49,878 nt of DNA, from contig CAZLEB010000001.1 of NCBI GenBank assembly GCA_964558475.1, positions 1 to 49,878 of the forward strand. Reading direction: 5' to 3'. Below the pieces are notes generated by a model, which was given only the letters and a program-made list of their open reading frames with translations, was not told where the DNA came from and did not search any database. Of the stretch, positions 47,401 to 49,878 are shown piece by piece. The position numbers were made by a program, and so were the translations under genes. Positions within the stretch are counted from its first letter, which is position 1. Each line of letters opens with the position of its first letter. The DNA is from an uncultured Actinomycetota bacterium. GTDB taxonomy: Bacteria > Actinomycetota > Humimicrobiia > Humimicrobiales > Humimicrobiaceae.

Positions 47401-47627
47401 AGTTTATGAAAGTAAAAATGAAATATATATGTCTGGGGAATTTAAAAAAGCCAGTCTACGAGATTCCCGAAGAGTATTGCAACTTCGCTGGAGTCATAAA
47501 TATATTGAATGATATTATTTCAAAAATAAAAAGTGAGAAATTTGACCCGGAACCTAAAAATTATTCTTCATGCTTAAATTGCGTGTTTAAGGTTTTGTGT
47601 CCAAAATATTATGGTCAGAAAAATTAA
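44442..47627 (+). CDS. UvrD-type helicase fused to a C-terminal RecB/AddB-type PD-(D/E)XK nuclease with Cys4 cluster (AddB/AdnA-like subunit)
   Basis: Motor motifs AGPPGSGKT, VDELQE, GNDDQSIYAFRGS, KNYRS, FHQCKGMEF and GITRAKE. Nuclease motifs GRIDQI, LVDYKSG and QLKIYKFA. Cysteines at DCPFKY and CLNCVFKVLC. Confidence 0.85.
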   Translation: MLDDKLIEAIKKKNSNFLVAGPPGSGKTYTLLELTRYLITTKKINPKKLLIFCFNRRGSKFIREKTTALIGKSILEIPIETFYSFCTGFISEAKIFLSPEQLINKNSRNNEDNDNFFGDIKILNSMEQWKLLKNVIKMLDGKNYPYTFKYINSNLFIENSFIQEVFDFILRAQENLFTPRELSDKFTPFFSPVLSELVGIYSRYIKELKSNHLYNYGMLLEETVGILKNQKGIRDYFRQKYDYILVDELQEINRAQFEIINYLSNYNCIFFGNDDQSIYAFRGSAPDSFKAVYFKLKPENVIFLDKNYRSNSIINDVCKNFICLSKNRIPKEITVSGNNSNGELYLKKFHTLLEEANFICHKIRFLHLKKGIKLEEIAVIIKGLGYETHLIENALIQNGIPFIRRGTRSLLDNKLVKYLLNLMRLILAVKELASSQKVYADNGDSAKKLDVLIENVMLSDIINLEPLYFKKVKILCSGNSGGIYRDLWSYFKDQHVREKENKRVNKELLKIVNFVSAIYELIKITDRDVLEFSLMLIRNRRLGIINYLIARENNEIDNRNRWSNLGDFLQNVKDFSRENSPNSIKSFVNFIDDIIENKFTEEIEESTKDIVQAGSVNILSFHQCKGMEFKAVFIPFINRYYLPAKFIFPQAFDIQIFDFLQTGKSLNIEELKKSHMDGEIRLFYNGITRAKEFLYITSNSSREKSIFFEEMKKIYKSLNVKYRKINTLNGNKKKNKKEMSKIESELDFDLNNMWLIRRRALVAAAKMQHNLKFNHNNYLNYIIILKYFYHPSQWWNFIMPTKNNRNPFLLFPASFSYSNINTFRDCPFKYKVRYYFNLKEEENISLVLGNIYHEIIRIFFKPENKSFSWKTLEAIIDEVFKRSHFDFKFLKNELKKKALLEFKSFFENLMPASPDNSIIEKKFSFKLGKENIIGRIDQINILDDKNLELVDYKSGSSTFSDKDLKEEMQLKIYKFALDTSKDLEDFKFMKVKMKYICLGNLKKPVYEIPEEYCNFAGVINILNDIISKIKSEKFDPEPKNYSSCLNCVFKVLCPKYYGQKN

Positions 47628-49878
47628 TGAAACAGAGGAACAACTAAATATACTTGACAGTGAAGCTGATATAAAAAGAGTGATTGCCTGTGCAGGCTCG
47701 GGTAAAACATGGGTAATAACAAGCAGCATTATAAAAATAATAGCGAATGAAGCTTGCAGCCCCGACAGGATACTGGCACTTACTTTTACCAGAAACGCAG
47801 CCGAGAATATGAGAATGAGAATTAAGGAAAATATTGAAAGAGAAATTGATTTTGAAAGTATAGATATCTTTACTTTTAACTCATTTGGAAATGAAATAAT
47901 AACTAAAAACAGCTTTGAGCTGGGATTGGGAAAGGATTTTAAGATTATAAGCAGTAGCCAATCATGGCAAATATTATATGAGATATTTAAAGAACTCGAT
48001 TTAAAGTACTTAAAAGCTGGAAAGAAAATAGGGCAGTTCATACAGTATTTACTTAATTATATAGAAAATTTAAAAAATAATTTGATATCCGGTAGCGAGT
48101 TTGAAGAATATATAAGTAATTATAAGAAGATTCTCGCCGGTTATAAAAGCAAGGCTTTAAGAGCTGAAGAAGAAGAGTTAATTGAAAACCAAAAAGAATT
48201 GTTTGATATTTATTTAAGATACGAAAAAAAGAAAACCATCGGTAACTGTATAGATTATTCGGATCAGGTATTTATGCCTTATTTTTTACTTTTAGAAAAA
48301 AAATCAATAAGAACCAGGTACCAGCAAAAATATAAGTATATATTTGTTGATGAATTTCAGGATACAAATATTTCACAGGCTTATATGCTTTCACTGCTCA
48401 GCAGCCCAGGGCATAATAGACTTATGATAGTGGGTGATGATGACCAGGGAATTTATTCCTTTAGGGGTGCTTGTGTGGAAAATATATTAAATTTCCACAA
48501 TTTTGATAAATTTAAGAACTGCTACGTTAGTGATTTTTATCTTACTACCAACTTCAGATCGGGGACAAACATTATAGATACTGTAAATAATATTATTTCT
48601 TCTAATAAAGGGAGGTTTAAGAAGGAATTAAAGCCGGAAGACAGCAGAAAAGATTCAGAGGTGGTTTTCTATTCCAAAAAGACTCATGAGGGAGAAGCTG
48701 TTGAAATCTGTAGAATCATCAAATATCTTGCGGCCAGAGGAATTAAATTTAAAGAGATAGCTATACTTGCAAGGAGAAAGAGATTTGAGAAGATTGCTGA
48801 AGAGCTTAAATCCAATGGCATTAAATTCGAACTGGTTGGAGGAAAAAATTTTTTCTTTGAACCTGAGATTTTATTTATTATTTCATGGCTTAGGGTAATA
48901 AATGATATAAATGATGAGATATCAATAATATATCTGTTGAAATCAAAAAAATATAAAATTTGTGATCGTGATATTTATTTCATTAAGAAAAAATGGAAAA
49001 ATTCAGAAAATAGAATAAGCATAACCGAAGGAATAATAGATTTTAAAAAGAATCCCTATATTAGTAAAACAGCAAAAGAAAGATTAAAGGATTTTCTGAA
49101 TAGTCTAAAATTTTATATTAGTAAGTCACGAGAATTGGAATTAAAAGAACTAATCAGTCTGATTATTGAAGATTCAGGCATAATGAATGAATTAAAGTCC
49201 GAGTTTGGACCGGTTGCTGGAAAGAAAATTAAAAACATTGAAAACCTCATAAGAATTGCTTCCGATTTCGAGCAGAGTTATATAGAGGGAAATCTTGAAG
49301 GTTTCATGACCTACTTGAAGGATGTAGCAAAAACTGATTATGAAGATCCTGAAACAATGGAATTATCGAATGAAAATTCGGTTAAAGTGATGAGTATACA
49401 TGCTGCTAAAGGGCTTGAGTTCGAGGTGGTTTTTTTGCCAATGCTCTGGAAAAATGATTATCTGGGAAAGACTTCGGAAAAAGGGTTTACGGTTCCCTCT
49501 GAACTACGAAAAGACGGTAGGATATGGAAGGAAAAGAAGAATTTTAAAAGTGCCGGAGATTTCAAGCAGGCTTTGAAGAATATTAAACTTGAGGAGGAAA
49601 GAAGAATATTTTATGTTGCCTGCAGCAGGGCAAAAAAAATCCTGGTTCTGTCTTATAGCGAATACGAAGATAACATAGCTGCCGGCAGTGAGAAAATTAA
49701 AGCAAAGGAAATAGCGCCATTTTTTAACGATATTATAGATAAGGACAACAGATTAAGAATCATCAATCAGGAGGGCTTGGATTTTATAAATTTAAATTAT
49801 AAGAAAGAACTATACAAAGGTTATGAAAATTATAAAGATGTATTCGGCTTTTTAAAGCCTGTTAAAAAGAGAAAAAAG
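47611..49878 (+). CDS. UvrD/PcrA/AddA-family ATP-dependent helicase, 3' end beyond window
   Basis: Not in the ORF track, probably because it has no stop in the window. My translation from ATG 47611 is open to 49878 in every segment I translated (47611 to about 48600, plus motif regions near the 3' end). Motifs ACAGSGKTW, VDEFQDTN, VGDDDQGIYSFRGA, TTNFRS, SIHAAKGLEF and YVACSRAKK. Overlaps the upstream stop by 17 nt. Confidence 0.85.
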   Translation, partial: MVRKINETEEQLNILDSEADIKRVIACAGSGKTWVITSSIIKIIANEACSPDRILALTFTRNAAENMRMRIKENIEREIDFESIDIFTFNSFGNEIITKNSFELGLGKDFKIISSSQSWQILYEIFKELDLKYLKAGKKIGQFIQYLLNYIENLKNNLISGSEFEEYISNYKKILAGYKSKALRAEEEELIENQKELFDIYLRYEKKKTIGNCIDYSDQVFMPYFLLLEKKSIRTRYQQKYKYIFVDEFQDTNISQAYMLSLLSSPGHNRLMIVGDDDQGIYSFRGACVENILNFHNFDKFKNCYVSDFYLTTNFRSGTNIIDTVNNIISSNKGRFKKELKPEDSRKDSEVVFYSKKTHEGEAVEICRIIKYLAARGIKFKEIAILARRKRFEKIAEELKSNGIKFELVGGKNFFFEPEILFIISWLRVINDINDEISIIYLLKSKKYKICDRDIYFIKKKWKNSENRISITEGIIDFKKNPYISKTAKERLKDFLNSLKFYISKSRELELKELISLIIEDSGIMNELKSEFGPVAGKKIKNIENLIRIASDFEQSYIEGNLEGFMTYLKDVAKTDYEDPETMELSNENSVKVMSIHAAKGLEFEVVFLPMLWKNDYLGKTSEKGFTVPSELRKDGRIWKEKKNFKSAGDFKQALKNIKLEEERRIFYVACSRAKKILVLSYSEYEDNIAAGSEKIKAKEIAPFFNDIIDKDNRLRIINQEGLDFINLNYKKELYKGYENYKDVFGFLKPVKKRKK

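Noticed and set aside
47574-48041. 155-aa minus-strand ORF at the helicase gene junction
   Set aside because: The + strand here translates into canonical UvrD motifs (AGSGKTW, LTFTRNAA), so the minus-strand ORF is a hydrophobic antisense artefact.
1-49878. Scan for CRISPR arrays, IS elements or transposases, rRNA genes, prophage genes and toxin-antitoxin pairs
   Set aside because: No regularly spaced direct repeats, no DDE/serine/tyrosine recombinase motifs in any listed ORF, and no rRNA-like sequence. The only TA-like element is the speculative 23-aa hydrophobic ORF, reported separately.

Overview
AT-rich bacterial chromosomal window. I saw no rRNA, CRISPR array, transposase or integrase. 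All calls rest on motif recognition in the six-frame translations; no searches were run.

The core (11.4-34.0 kb) is a complete, co-directional division/cell-wall (dcw) supercluster: mraZ-rsmH-ftsL-ftsI-murE-murF-mraY-murD-ftsW-murG-murC-murB-ddl-ftsQ-ftsA-ftsZ. It is followed by the Gram-positive-type ylm block pgeF-yggS-sepF-proC-yggT-divIVA-yggU.

Left flank:
- a 5'-truncated HisC-family aminotransferase
- a stand-alone pterin-binding methyltransferase
- an orphan sugar-type ABC ATPase and a GH1 beta-glucosidase
- a tightly coupled three-gene operon of metallophosphoesterase, cyclic 2,3-diphosphoglycerate synthetase-like and 2-phosphoglycerate kinase-like genes, an archaeal-type thermoprotectant pathway in a bacterial context
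- two small secreted or anchored hypotheticals, an FmdB zinc-ribbon protein and xseAB

Right flank:
- an orphan TadZ/CpaE-like (pseudo-receiver + MinD/ParA ATPase) gene, translationally coupled to a tandem excisionase-type HTH protein and followed by two unannotated membrane micro-ORFs; this is my best candidate for an undescribed module
- a multi-TM HD-GYP phosphodiesterase coupled to a small membrane protein
- a minus-strand housekeeping block (GT2, 5-formyl-THF cyclo-ligase, DegV, PunA)
- a LivJ-like binding protein, a DagK-family lipid kinase and an AmaP-like membrane protein
- tRNA-Gly(CCC)
- a two-gene UvrD-motor/RecB-nuclease (AddAB/AdnAB-like) pair that runs off the 3' edge
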